From positions 12,689,359-12,753,358 of the forward strand of contig NC_068982.1 in assembly GCF_001194135.2 (NCBI RefSeq): 64,000 bases of DNA, written 5' to 3'. Of the stretch, positions 52,300 to 64,000 are shown in pieces. The DNA is from Octopus bimaculoides (lineage: Eukaryota). The notes below the pieces were generated by a model that was not told the origin of the DNA, searched no databases, and saw only the letters and a program-made list of their open reading frames with translations. How positions within the stretch are numbered: the stretch's first letter is position 1; each line of letters opens with the position of its first letter. The position numbers and the translations under genes are program-made.

Positions 52300-53250
52300 T
52301 TCTTTTACTACTTTTAAATCTCTCTTTCTCAGACGGAACATTCCTTTTCAGGCTAAACATGGTAAAACATTTTCTACTTTATAAGAGATTCTCCTATTGA
52401 GCATGACAAATAACATTCCATACATCTCCTCACTAGTATTGCAAAACTCTTTGAGATATTAGCATACTCATATTTAATAAATATTCCTCATTAATTTCGT
52501 TGTTTATATTCTTTTCAGTTTGATTTTGATAGACAACTCAACTATCCATGCTTTCATGAACATCTGTAAGAACATTCAAGTCTTTCTTGACCTTAGTAAG
52601 TTCGTATGTGGTGCCTTTATTGATCTTCAGAAAGTTTTCAATACTATTGATCATAATATATTTTTAGACAAACTACACACATTATTATAGTATTTGTGGT
52701 CTGTCTAATTGTGCTTCAGGTCATACATAACAGCAACTTATCGGAATGTCTCTTTAACAGAATTTGATTTGATTTCGTGAAGACGTGCATCAATCATGGG
52801 TTACTAGAGTGAAATATATCTGTTGTGTATTATTAACTTCCTTTAAACTGTTAATTATTAAAAATTCAGATCAGAAAAGGTTAAACTCAAAATCTCAAAT
52901 TTCTGTGTGAGTATCTTAAAATATTTTCAAATGCATCATGCCACAAATGAAAGCTTATTACATCGTTGTAGAGTCAATGTAAGTAGTTTAAATACACATA
53001 TTTTGTAATGGTATCATACATTATTAAACATCAAAGTCTTTTATAAAATAAAACAGAAGGATGTGAAATGATGTACATGATGTACAATGAAATGATGTAC
53101 AACGGCTACTTTGACTTTTCAGTGACGTAATGGTTTCTATTCTAACACAATCTCAAATAAAATCTTTTGCCAAACATGGACAACTTCAGAAGTCTATTAG
53201 TTTTCTCTTAGAAATGAAAGGTGCATATTTTTTTTTTTTTTAACTAGAGG
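52300..53250 (+). pseudogene. Decayed L2/CR1-group reverse transcriptase; an upstream piece at about 51190-51330 is separated by later insertions
   Basis: LTSIAKLFEIL...FQF..STIHAFMNICKNIQVFLD..KFVCGAFIDLQKVFNTIDHN resembles RT motifs (SLLSNISKIFEK, QFGFR, FIDLQKAFDTVDH). The 3' boundary is approximate. Confidence 0.7.
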
Positions 53251-53959
53251 TCACTATCAACAAGGTGACAAGCAATCAGCAACAAAACAGACTCTGGTAA
53301 CTAACAGTTTGTTGGGATGAAAAATCTGCCCTAGAAACCTTAAAATAACAAACACAAGACTTAGAAGAATTAAGACTATATCAGGGAAACAAGATGGACA
53401 GATGTTCAGGGAAAGACATTAATGGAATAGACAGTATTCATAAAAGAGAGAGAGTAACAACAGTTAAAGGATGAGAATTGATAGAAAATGAGTTACTTGG
53501 TTAGCAATCTTAAGAAATGGAACAAGAGAAGGAAGTTGGGGAGAACCACAAAAGTCCTTGTGGCTTTTTGTTCCATATGAGATTTTGGTATTAAAATTTG
53601 AGTACAATAAATTGGTTAATTTTTCTACAGAGCAGAAAATATTTTAGCAAATTAATTTTTTATACAATTCCTAATAATACTTAATAATAAAAATATAATA
53701 GAATTTTTTAAAACCTCATATGGCTTTAGGGGTCAAATAGAATAAAATAGGAATCAATGGGATGCATGAACAAAAAATTGTTGGGAACCACAACTTTAGA
53801 GAATAGAGATGAAGAAATAATACCCCAATGAAGGGAGAGGGATTGAAGTTTAGCTGCCAAAACGGCAAAACTCTAGCTGATTTGGAACATAGCTTTAAGT
53901 TCATAGCTAAGTCAAGATCAGGCAATTGGCTAAAGAACTAACAATATCTAACCATTAAT

Positions 53960-54175
53960 AAGGCAGTGAGCTAATAGAATTGTTAACATGCCGAGCAAAA
54001 TGCTTAGCGGTATTTCATCTGTTTTTATGTTCTGAGTTCAAATTCCATCAAGATCGACTTTGCCTTTCATCCTTTCAGGGTCGATGAATTAAGTACCAGT
54101 TGCATACTGGGTTCGATCTAATCGACTGGCTCACTGCCACCAAATTTCAGGCCTTGTGCCGAGAATAGAAAAGAA
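53960..54175 (+). mobile_element. SINE family B
   Basis: GGCAGTGAGCTAATAGAATTGTTA..AAATGCTTAGCGGTATTTC..GAGTTCAAATTCC..GGGTCGATGAATTAAGTACCAG. Confidence 0.85.
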
Positions 54176-54599
54176 TATCTAACCATTAATGCTTCATAGG
54201 GCCTAGGGTCAAAGCACACTTAACCTCTGCTGGATTATTCAACCTCACTGAAGACAATTAAGTGCAGCTGTTTCACTGGTTTCATACAAGGAACTTTTTA
54301 TTCTACTTTTCTCTCTAAACAAGGCAATTTATTTCCTGTGGTTCCAGTCAACTTAGCGGAAAAAGTGAATAGTAGCCCAGTGCTAATACATGTCCACTTC
54401 CTCCAACTGTTACATCTTTGATGTTTCACTAGGTCAAGAGTAGGAGAGCCAAGAGGACGTCTGTGTATGTTTGTGACTATACAAGCACCAAAAACAATTA
54501 GTGAAAGCATGGTATATCTTTCCTAGTCATACTCCTTTGGGAACAAATGTTATGGATATATATGTGTATGCACGTATATATATGTGTGTTTATATGATG

Positions 54600-54905
54600 A
54601 TGATGATGATGATGATCATCATCATCATCGTTTAACGTCCATTTTCTATGCTGGCATGGGTTGGATGGTTTGACTGAAGTTTGGAGAGCCAGTGGCTGCA
54701 CCAGGCTCCAATCTGGTCAGGCAATGTTTCTACAGCTGGATGCCCTTCCTAATGCCAACCACTCCGAGGGTGTAGTGGGTGCTTTCTACGTGCCACCAGC
54801 ACAGGAGCCAGTCAGTTCGGATGGTGCTTTTTATCACCAGCATGGGAGCCAGTCAGAGGGCACTAGCCACAACTACGATATTGGTTTTACTTGACTCAAC
54901 AGGTC
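54600..54905 (-). mobile_element. RTE-type 3' UTR with (CAT)n tail
   Basis: Reverse complement of the same tail as at 51500-51870. Confidence 0.85.
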
Positions 54906-54912
54906 TTCTCAA

Positions 54913-54963
<51 letters not shown>

Positions 54964-55189
54964 NNNNNNNNNNNNNNNNNNNNNNNNNNNNNNNNNNNNN
55001 NNNNNNNNNNNNNNNNNNNNNNNNNNNNNNNNNNNNNNNNNNNNNNNNNNNNNNNNNNNNNNNNNNNNNNNNNNNNNNNNNNNNNNNNNNNNNNNNNNNN
55101 NNNNNNNNNNNNNNNNNNNNNNNNNNNNNNNNNNNNNNNNNNNNNNNNNNNNNNNNNNNNNNNNNNNNNNNNNNNNNNNNNNNNNNNNN

Positions 55190-55237
<48 letters not shown>

Positions 55238-56104
55238 TATGTATATATGTATTTATACACACATAGATATATTAACATACATATATGCTCATATATAAAT
55301 GTATACACATAAGTAGACATGTGTGTGTATATCTTTTTCCTTTTCTTTGTTAACAAAATTTTAACAGTTTCTTTCTACCAACAAATATTTTGATTCATTA
55401 TAATAAAAAAAATGTTTAAATGTTTACTTGCAATTGATGTTAAAAAAAGCACCGTCCATTTTTTTCCATTTCCATTTTTTTTTTTGGCTTTGCTTACCTT
55501 TAATACAATCTTTTATATTTACTTAAACTATCATAATTTATATCTTCAACAGGAATGCTACACTGTTTTATCTTCACTGTTTGATTTTAATTTACTATTC
55601 AATGAATATAGAAAAAAGAATTCAAATTGTTGCTTATAAAAAAAAAAATAGGCACCAGTTAACGAGTAAATGTTAATTAAAAGATAAGAGTTGAAAATAT
55701 TTTGCTTGAATAATCTTCCAATGTTAATTCTTTCTTAAAATATTCATAGTGTGGTTATATTCTCTAAATATTATCTGTTATCAAAGAAATTTACGAGAGA
55801 CTATTGAGCAGTTTATTATCAAAGAACTTTACCAAACAATAGTCGACTCTTTGAAGGTGTCAGAAGCTATGTTGCTGTTGAATTAAATTTGATTAACACA
55901 AGAGAATAGAAATATCTCCTGAATTTTGTTTAGAACGGTAAAATTAATTACTGCCATGCATTGAAATTATTTTAATTAAAGAATATTAAATCAATAGAAG
56001 ACATATTTAAGGGGATGTTGGTTACAATAAAGATATTGTGTTTTTTTAAAGATTCACATCGGTTCTTGCTAATTCTTACTAATTGCATTATATAGTAAAT
56101 ATAA

Positions 56105-56290
56105 GACGGGGAGCTGGCAGAATTGTTAGCACACCAGGACAAATACTTAGTGGTATTTTGTCTGTCTTTACGTTCTGAGTTCAAATTCCGCCGAGGTAGA
56201 CTTTGCTTTTCATCCTTTTGGAGTCGATAAATTAAGTACCAGTTGCGTACTGGGGTCAATCTAATCGAATGGCCCCCTCCCCCAAAATTT
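56105..56290 (+). mobile_element. SINE family B
   Basis: GAGCTGGCAGAATTGTTAGCAC..GTTCTGAGTTCAAATTCCGCCGAGG..AAGTACCAGTTGCGTACTGGGGTC. Confidence 0.85.
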
Positions 56291-56899
56291 CCATGATTAC
56301 AATCTTACATTAACTTCAAGATTTTCTCAATTATCTCCCTTAGGCTGTAATTATTTTGAATGGTGAATTTGTTAACTTTTCCTTGTATTAGATAAGGATA
56401 TACTATTTATTACAGTTACCAAATTTTCTATAGCCATCTTCACATTCCATGACTACCATTAGGATCGATCCAATACCAGACAAGGATTCTGGATTATTTT
56501 TCCCATTTTTTAACTTAATTTTTGAGAGCATTTGGGTTCGATTTTAGTATTCTCATTTGTGAGAGCAGTCAAGTTTATTTCAGATATTCTCATTTTAAAA
56601 ATCATCTCTGGCTAACCATTGAGAGGACGTTAGTGTTGCCTTGGTGGATGTTTGTACTCTTTGAGTGTTCTTCTTATATATTCATTTTGATTCATTCATT
56701 TTACAGAATACAAATTAAGGCACTATTTTACACCTGGATGCTCTTCCTGTTACTAACCCTTTCCTGTTTTATTCAAGTAAAGGATTTTCTATCACACTAA
56801 TCTTTGAAAGCACAGAGCTACATACAGAAGAATTGTCAGCAGTTTGCTAAGGCTCTGGATAACGATAAACAATGTTTTTCACTATATCTACTACACATT

Positions 56900-57590
56900 T
56901 CCTGGTCTCAGCTGTGTCGATGAAAGCTGGAATGTCAGAACTTGGTCCTTCATTAAACACTATCAATTGACACCTCCATAAACTCCGCTTTGTGAAGAAA
57001 TGCTGATGAGAAGTTCCTAATGAACTGACCAATGAACAAGCTAAACGATGTGTGGACATCTGCAAACAACTACTGACAAATCTTTGAGATGCCCATTTTT
57101 GGTGTTGAATTGTAATGGATTTATTTTCGTAATCCTAAGAGAAATCAGTGGCTTTGTTCCAGCCAAGCTTCAAAACCTGCTGTCAAACAAAAACAGTTTG
57201 AATAGAAGGTCATGTTGTGTGTTTGGTGGAATTTCGAGTGGGTGTTGCACTTTGAGCTTGTTTCAGATAGACATGTTGTAAATGCTAACCTTTATGTTCA
57301 ACAACTGCAGTGAATATATTTTGCTTGGAAAGTCCACTACCTGTCATTGGTAAATCAAAGACCTGCACTGCTACAGAATGACAATGCCCTGGCACACACT
57401 ATCGGTGTGACCAAGTGCACTATCAGATTACCACCTTTTCTGAGCTATGGCTCATTATGTGCATGGGTGGAGGTTCAACAATTTGAATGAGGTTGAAAAT
57501 GGGTGCAACGAATTTTTTGCCTTTAAATCAGCCAAATGGTTTAAGTGTGGAATCAAGCTTCTGATACAACGATGGTGCCAGAAAATGCTT
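56900..57590 (+). pseudogene. Second, heavily decayed mariner transposase
   Basis: EVPNELTNEQAKRCVDICKQLL, KVMLCVWWNFEWVLHFEL, LLQNDNALAH and SDYHLF, with many stops and an internal deletion. Confidence 0.85.
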
Positions 57591-57789
57591 TAGCCTTGAT
57601 CAACTTCAGACCATCTTCAAATCTCACATTAGAAGAATACTTATAATATTTAATTTGGTAGGGTTACTACACAAATAAATGTTTAATAAAATTAAACTTG
57701 TTTAAAAATTTTTCAAATGTAGACTAATTTAAAAAAAAAATCTCACTGGTGTCTTTTTTTTTTCTCTTTACATTTATTTATTTATTTAT

Positions 57790-58005
57790 TGTCCACAGGG
57801 AGATGAACATAGAGGGGACAAACAGGGACAGATAAAGGGATTAAGTCGATTACATCGACCCCAATGCATAACTGGTACTTATTTAATTGACCCCAAAAGG
57901 ATGAAAGCAAAGTCGACCTAGGTGGAATTTGAACTCAGAACGTAATGGTAGACGAAATACTGCTAAGCATTTCATCTGGCATGCTAACAATTCTGCCAGC
58001 TCGCT
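57790..58005 (-). mobile_element. SINE family B
   Basis: Reverse complement of the B head, core and tail. Confidence 0.85.
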
Positions 58006-58057
58006 GATAATGATTCTGCCAGCTCTACATTTATTACAGCAGTGAAATGGTCCAAAG

Positions 58058-58704
58058 CAGTTGGTTCTCAATCATCTTTTGACTATGGACATTTTTGATT
58101 TATAATTTTACTCAACTGGACTCCCATGTTTAAAAAATCCTATTGTAGGTGCAGGAGTGGCTGTGTGATAAGTAGCTTGCTTACCAACCACATGGTTCTG
58201 GGTTCAGTCCCACTGCGTGGCACCTTGGGCAAGTGTCTTCTACTATAGCCTCGGGCTGACCAAAGCCTTGTGAGTGGATTTGGTAGGTGGAAACTGTAAG
58301 AAGCCCGTCGTATATGTGTGTGTGTATGTTTGTGTGTTTGTCCACCCACCAACATCGCTTGACAACCGATGCTGGTGTGTTTACGTCCCCATAACTTAGC
58401 AGTTCGGCAAAAGTGTCCAATAGAATAAGTACTAGGCTTACAAAGAATAAGTCCTGGTGTTGATTTGTTCAACTAAAGGCAGTGCTCCAGCATGGCCGCA
58501 GTCAAATGACTGAAACAAGTAAAAGAGTAAAAGAGTAGTTTTATAATTAACTATTAGGCATTGTAAGAAAAAAACAATAAAGTATTTTGTGCACCGTTGA
58601 ATCAATTCATTGCATTTAAACTTTAACCAACAAAATCTTATTTCAACCCCCAAAGATCATATGGTCCCACCAAGAGTCATGTGAACCCTGGTTGAGAATC
58701 ATTG
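58058..58704. mobile_element. hAT-type MITE interrupted by a SINE A
   Basis: TIRs CAGTTGGTTCTCAA / TTGAGAATCATTG; degenerate 8-bp TSD GTCCAAAG versus GTCTACAG. Confidence 0.65.
58148..58535 (+). mobile_element. SINE family A, full length, nested in the hAT MITE
   Basis: Complete head, core and tail. Confidence 0.9.
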
Positions 58705-59205
58705 GTCTACAGCTACTCTGAACTAGCAAGCTACATCCCACCGACACCTAAACCTACTCAATATATCTATCTTGCCTCATCCCATCACCCTTACTGTGTT
58801 TTACCCCTCCCCACCAACTGCATCGTTTCACTATTGCAACCCTCTACTACCATGTAATTGTTGATACGTTTGTTTAGTTACAGGTCAGCCAGAATTGAGC
58901 AGAATTATGCTCAAAAGTATTCTACCCTCAACCATTCCATAAATTCTCCATTGTGTTTTCTTTCTAAGACAACAGATTTCAAGAGATATTTGACTGCTAT
59001 TTCTAGCATACAGAACAATGACATAAAAGCCCTGTAACTGGTTTGTTTATCTTCTACACTTCTTTTCTACAAGCATCCACCTACAATAAACCAGCCAATC
59101 AAATTTCACCAGTCTAGGAGACACTGCAAAAGTACAGGCATCGTTTTTCCTCTCATCAAATAATCAAAATAAGCTTTGTTGTATATAATAAACACATTTG
59201 TTATG

Positions 59206-59559
59206 GTTCTATATTTAAGAGATGAGGAATTATGTACAATATTTACATTATTTACATTTGACGGATATTTGTCCTCATCTTGTTTGCTGTTAACACAACA
59301 TTTCGGCTAATATACCCTTGGGCATATGGCGTAGTGGTTAAGAGCGCAGGCTACTAACCCAAAGATTCTGAGTTTGATTCCAGGCAGTGACCTGAATAAT
59401 AATAATAATAACATCGAAAAATACCTTAGGAAGGAGAACCTAGGTTCAAAATTTCCCCAAGACACTGGATGAAGGCTGGAGGGTATATCAGCCGAAACGT
59501 GTTCACAACAAACAAAATGAGGACAAATATCCGTCAAATGTAAATGATATAAATAATGT
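59206..59559. mobile_element. Asymmetric inverted SINE E insert, 12-bp TSD
   Basis: The minus arm (tail complete, 5'-truncated) spans 59206-59318; the plus arm starts at the tRNA head (59320) and lacks the tail. ACATTTGTTA(T/C)G is present at 59194-59205 and 59560-59571. Confidence 0.85.
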
Positions 59560-60529
59560 ACATTTGTTACGTTTTTTTTTTTCACTTTTACTTTATCTGT
59601 GACATCTGATTCTCTGAGTTTATTTGTAACATCCAACTGTTCTGTGAATTATTTCTTGATACAATTTTCGTGATATCAAAACTGAAGCCTATGTGCTACT
59701 TATAACGACTGGCATGAATTGTAACAAGCTGCACCAACCACTCTACACCTGTTCACCATACCATGTTGCATGTATAACTAGGTGTGGTCTGGCTCTTTCT
59801 GACCCATCTCTCTCTCACTCTCTCTGTTCCACACACACTCCCCACTCTCTCTCTCTCTCACTCTCACCTATTCACTGCACCACACTTGTAAAATAAAGGA
59901 CAGTTAGTTCAAAGTTAACCATATTTCATCACCCAAGTCACCATCCTTATCACCTGACCACTATTTGCCTACCACTATAACTATCTATCACTCTTCCTTT
60001 CTTTCTACTTCCTTCTCATTCTCTTCACATTGTTCCTACCAACATATTTTCACTCCCTCCACCCAATCATCTTCATTCTTCTATTATCAGTTCCTCTACT
60101 AGTGACTGTGCTCAGTCTCTACCAAGAGAAGATGACCACATCATAGATTAGTGGGGCAATCTCCACTCTTACAGATGGAAATCAATCTCATGACTGCTAG
60201 AGCTAAGATAAAGCATGCCTAGGATACTTTATAAATGGATAGTGACCTAGCAGAGACAGTATACAGTCAGCAGAACTATTTAGTGTTGCTGGGAACATGA
60301 CAACTTCTCTAATGCTGGTGCCACAATAAAATGCACCCAACACCTTCTGTAAAATCATTGTGATGGGAAGGGCTTCCAGCCACAGAAACCAACCCAAAAT
60401 AAAATGAATAATATGTGGTCCCCCAGTGCATCAAGAAGGGAAGTAACTTTGAATGATAACTGACCATAACAACCCGTTCAATTCATGCCAGCATGGAAAA
60501 CATATGTATGATGATGGTGATAAGAATGG

Positions 60530-60581
<52 letters not shown>

Positions 60582-60782
60582 GGTGGTGGTGGTGGTGGTG
60601 GTGATGATTATTATTAGTTCAATAGTCTTATTTTTTTATCATGTGCTTTCACTGCACGGCCAAGCACAGTTCTGTGTGCCTTAGGTATGTGTTATGGCTT
60701 GTTTTAGTGTTATTATTTTCACTGCATTGAAAGTGCTTTATGTTGAATGTATGCAGTGCCTGGTAGTGCTATTTTCTGTATG

Positions 60783-60818
<36 letters not shown>

Positions 60819-61694
60819 CTAAGTCCTAGTTTTGGCTATGTGTTTGTCTGTATGTTTTTTTAATCATACCTAATGCACCTATTATTAGAGGGATTGCTTC
60901 TGTTTTTAGACTCCACATTCAGGTTATCTCTATATCCAGATCTTTGTATTGTCATTATTATTAATAGTGTGTTTCTTAATGTCTCGTCTTCCCCATCTCA
61001 GAGCATTGTTTGCAATATCTAATATGAACAACAGCTCTGTTTCAGAAGCTATCACCAAAGCAATTAAGTTAAAACAGATTCCTTCATTATCTTATTGACC
61101 ATTTTACTGCAACCAACATTCTCTCTTCATTGATGTTGAGATGCCAAAGAAAATTCAATTTCTGTATGTAAGAAAATGGTAAACTTGACATTTGGAGCAG
61201 ATGCAAAATGAAGACCAAGGTCAGTGTGAGCACAGGCATAGAACTTCTGCATGAAAATGGTACCAATGCTTGCCGAGAACGATGTCTATTGTATTGCTAA
61301 AGCTTTTGCAAGCATAACGGAAGCTGGATCTTGTAATAATTACAAGAAAGACAGAGGTCAAATGTTAGCTACTATCCTGGTTGCCATTTATGCTAACACC
61401 TCATAAAAGAGAGAAATAAAAGTTTAAATTGTTTTTAAGTTTTCTTGTTTTGACAAAATTCTCTCCTTCAAAGTAGATATTTAGTCATAGATTACTTACT
61501 GTTGCACATCCATTAACGTTGGATATAAATTGTTACTAATACAATAATAGTACTTTGGCAGTAATACATGAGCTTGCATATCGTAAATGAAGGATATTCA
61601 CTGAAACCTTCCCATAAATAAAATTTTAAACCCAAAATCTATACATATAGTATGACTATGATGTTCTATTTACTGTAGATGCACGTCTATCAAA

Positions 61695-62065
61695 ATCTGT
61701 GTGGCTGTGTGGTAAGAAGTTTGCTTACCAGCCACATGGCTCCATGTTCAGTCTCACTGCATGGCACCTTGGACAAGTGTCTTCCAATACAGCCTCTGGT
61801 TGACCAAAGCCTTGTGTGTGGATTTGGTAGGCAGAAACTGAAAGAAACCTGTCGTATATGTGTGTGTGTGTGTTTGTCCCCTGTGTTTGACAACCGTTGT
61901 TGGTATGTTTACATTACCATAGCCTAGCGGTTCAGTAAAGGAGACTGATAGAATAAGTACCAGGCTTTAAAAATATAAGTACTGGCGTTGATTCATTTGA
62001 CTAGAATTTTTCAAGGTGGTGCCCCAGCATGGCCACAGTCTAATGACTGAAACAAGAAAAAGATG
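61695..62065 (+). mobile_element. SINE family A-related, diverged
   Basis: TGGCTGTGTGGTAAGAAG..GCACCTTGGACAAGTGTCTT..GGTGCCCCAGCATGGCCACAGTC. Confidence 0.8.
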
Positions 62066-62149
62066 TACCCTTTCATCTATGTACTCTTTTACTAGTTCCA
62101 ACACATAGATTGTGACTAAGCCAGCCACACTGTCATCACTGCTGCTTCC

Positions 62150-62410
62150 GTTTTTACAGTTCTTCTGTCACAGGCTTTTGAGGAATGAAGGAATTTGGTG
62201 CTGCTGACTGCATTTGCATTTCTGGGTATGACACAGGTTCATTTGGGATCAAAGATAGCAGAAAAATATCCTGGCATTTCTGGAATACATTCACATCCTT
62301 ATCACATTGATCTCTGAAGTTTTTCGGCAGAGTACTGAATACTTGTAGGTCTTTGAACCTGAAGATGTTGCAGTATCTTATCCTAAACATAAATGCAAAA
62401 GGTGGAGTCT
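62150..62410 (-). pseudogene. CR1/L2-group LINE ORF2 C-terminal fragment
   Basis: RIRYCNIFRFKDLQVFSTLPKNFRD...VNVFQKCQDIFL...IPNEP...AAPNS resembles the 'GPQLFNALP..LR...FK..LD..L..VPDEP' LINE C-termini. Confidence 0.6.
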
Positions 62411-62455
62411 TCAGTCTATGAAGTAACATAATCCAGAACATTAAAGTTTGGTAAG

Positions 62456-62670
62456 GTGGCAAGCTGGGCAGATTGTTAGCACAGTGGACAAAATGCTCAG
62501 TGGTATTTTGTTCATCTTTACACTGAGTTCAAATGCTGCCAGGGTTGGCTTTGCTTTTTGTCCTTTTGGGGTCAATAAAATAAGTACCAGTCAAACACTA
62601 GGGTCAGTGTAATTGGCCGTTCTCCTCTCTGAAATTGCTGGCCTTGGGTCAAAATTTGAAACCAGTATTA
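62456..62670 (+). mobile_element. SINE family B (diverged)
   Basis: GGTGGCAAGCTGGGCAGATTGTTAGCAC..GAGTTCAAATGCTGCC..AATAAGTACCAG. Confidence 0.75.
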
Positions 62671-63929
62671 AAGTTTGGTGTAAGCCCTTCCATGACATTT
62701 AATAACAAAAAAGGTTAGTTCAAAGATAAAAAAAAAAGAACAAACAAAAATTATTTTCTTTATTCTGTTTTTTACCAATAAAGAAATTAGATCTTGGCAG
62801 ATCTTGCTAATAAAATAACACAACAAAATTCTGCATCACTAAATTTAAGAATACAGTTCAATATAAAATTCAAACATAGAAAATACTAGATATTAATTTG
62901 CAACAGCAAAGCTATGTTTGTGTGGAAGTGTTTGTGGAAAATGTACATTGATAAGTCAATTAGATAATTCATTGTACAAATACAATGTAAAATGCAGATA
63001 TTTCTTTCTCAGCAGACTAATTTGCATTGCGAATTTAGATGTTTGTGAACAGGTAACTGCTATCAAGAGAGAATAAAATGCAAGCAAAATAAAACCTAAC
63101 TCATGGTTACTGCCAGAATAAAAATAAGAGAACGCAGAGAGACAGGCCTGTCTGTGTTGAGTGAAATATGCTAAGCAAGACAAAAGAGAATAGATTTTCA
63201 GAAGCTTTTCTAGAAAAATTAGGTCTACAAACTGTTGGTTTCTGATTAGTCAAACAATACATGTGGAAAGGTGGGGGACTAAAATGTCATCATTTGAAAT
63301 ATCATAATTAGATCAGCTCTTCTAAAACAAAAGGTGCATACATACTTAACGGGAATGAATGAAACAGGTTGAAAGTTGACCAAAAAATTGAAGTAATGTA
63401 CCTTGTATACATGTACAAAGGTGAAAACTAGGAATTCTACTAATGATTGGTTTCAACTGACCAACAATTGAAAAGTAATTTATATGTTATATATATCTTT
63501 CTCTTTGTATGAGCAAATGTACTCATGCCAAGAAGCTTGCCCGAGGGCATTTATTCATCCATATTTGTTAATGGGTATTTTTAATAATTTTCTCACTGTA
63601 TTGTGTGTTCGTTTCCCTTTTTCCATCTATGATTTTATTTTTGGTCTTTTAATGTAAATGAAGATATTTCCTCTGCCTGGCTGCTTTTCTTTCAACAAAA
63701 TGAGAAGTTACATTATGGAACTGTTACTTTAATGAGTTGTGTCTATTTATCACCTGATGAGATACATCTGCACCACTGGATACTCCTGAACCAGTTGTTG
63801 AGTGTCCCACCTGTGAAGGATCAATGCAAGCTGTTGCGAAACAACTGTCATGATTAATAAATTCACATATACTCCATCTTCCATCTTTCATTTGCCATAT
63901 ATATGCATATATATATGTATATATATATA

Positions 63930-64000
<71 letters not shown>

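Overview
AT-rich eukaryotic genomic DNA from a gapped short-read assembly, with about ten N-gaps abutting microsatellites. The repeat content points to a coleoid cephalopod, probably Octopus; this is inferred from remembered repeat families, not from a search. The window looks intronic or intergenic: no host gene can be identified, only a few unverified candidate exons. Most of it consists of tRNA-derived SINEs (at least 5 families), RTE- and L2/CR1-type LINE remnants, decayed Tc1/mariner and hAT transposases, MITEs and microsatellites. One near-full-length DD34D mariner (48542-49829) has a single nonsense codon in its WVPHEL motif. The most interesting signal is a tRNA-headed SINE whose 3' part carries a minimal hammerhead-ribozyme motif of the Penelope pLTR type. 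It occurs four times as an inverted insert flanked by a 12-15 bp target-site duplication, head-to-head in the two complete cases. In each, one arm has a complete 3' tail and the other lacks it. This suggests a non-autonomous SINE mobilised by Penelope-like elements. No CRISPR arrays, rRNA genes or bona fide tRNA genes were found. Nearly all ORFs in the supplied track are microsatellite, gap or repeat artefacts.
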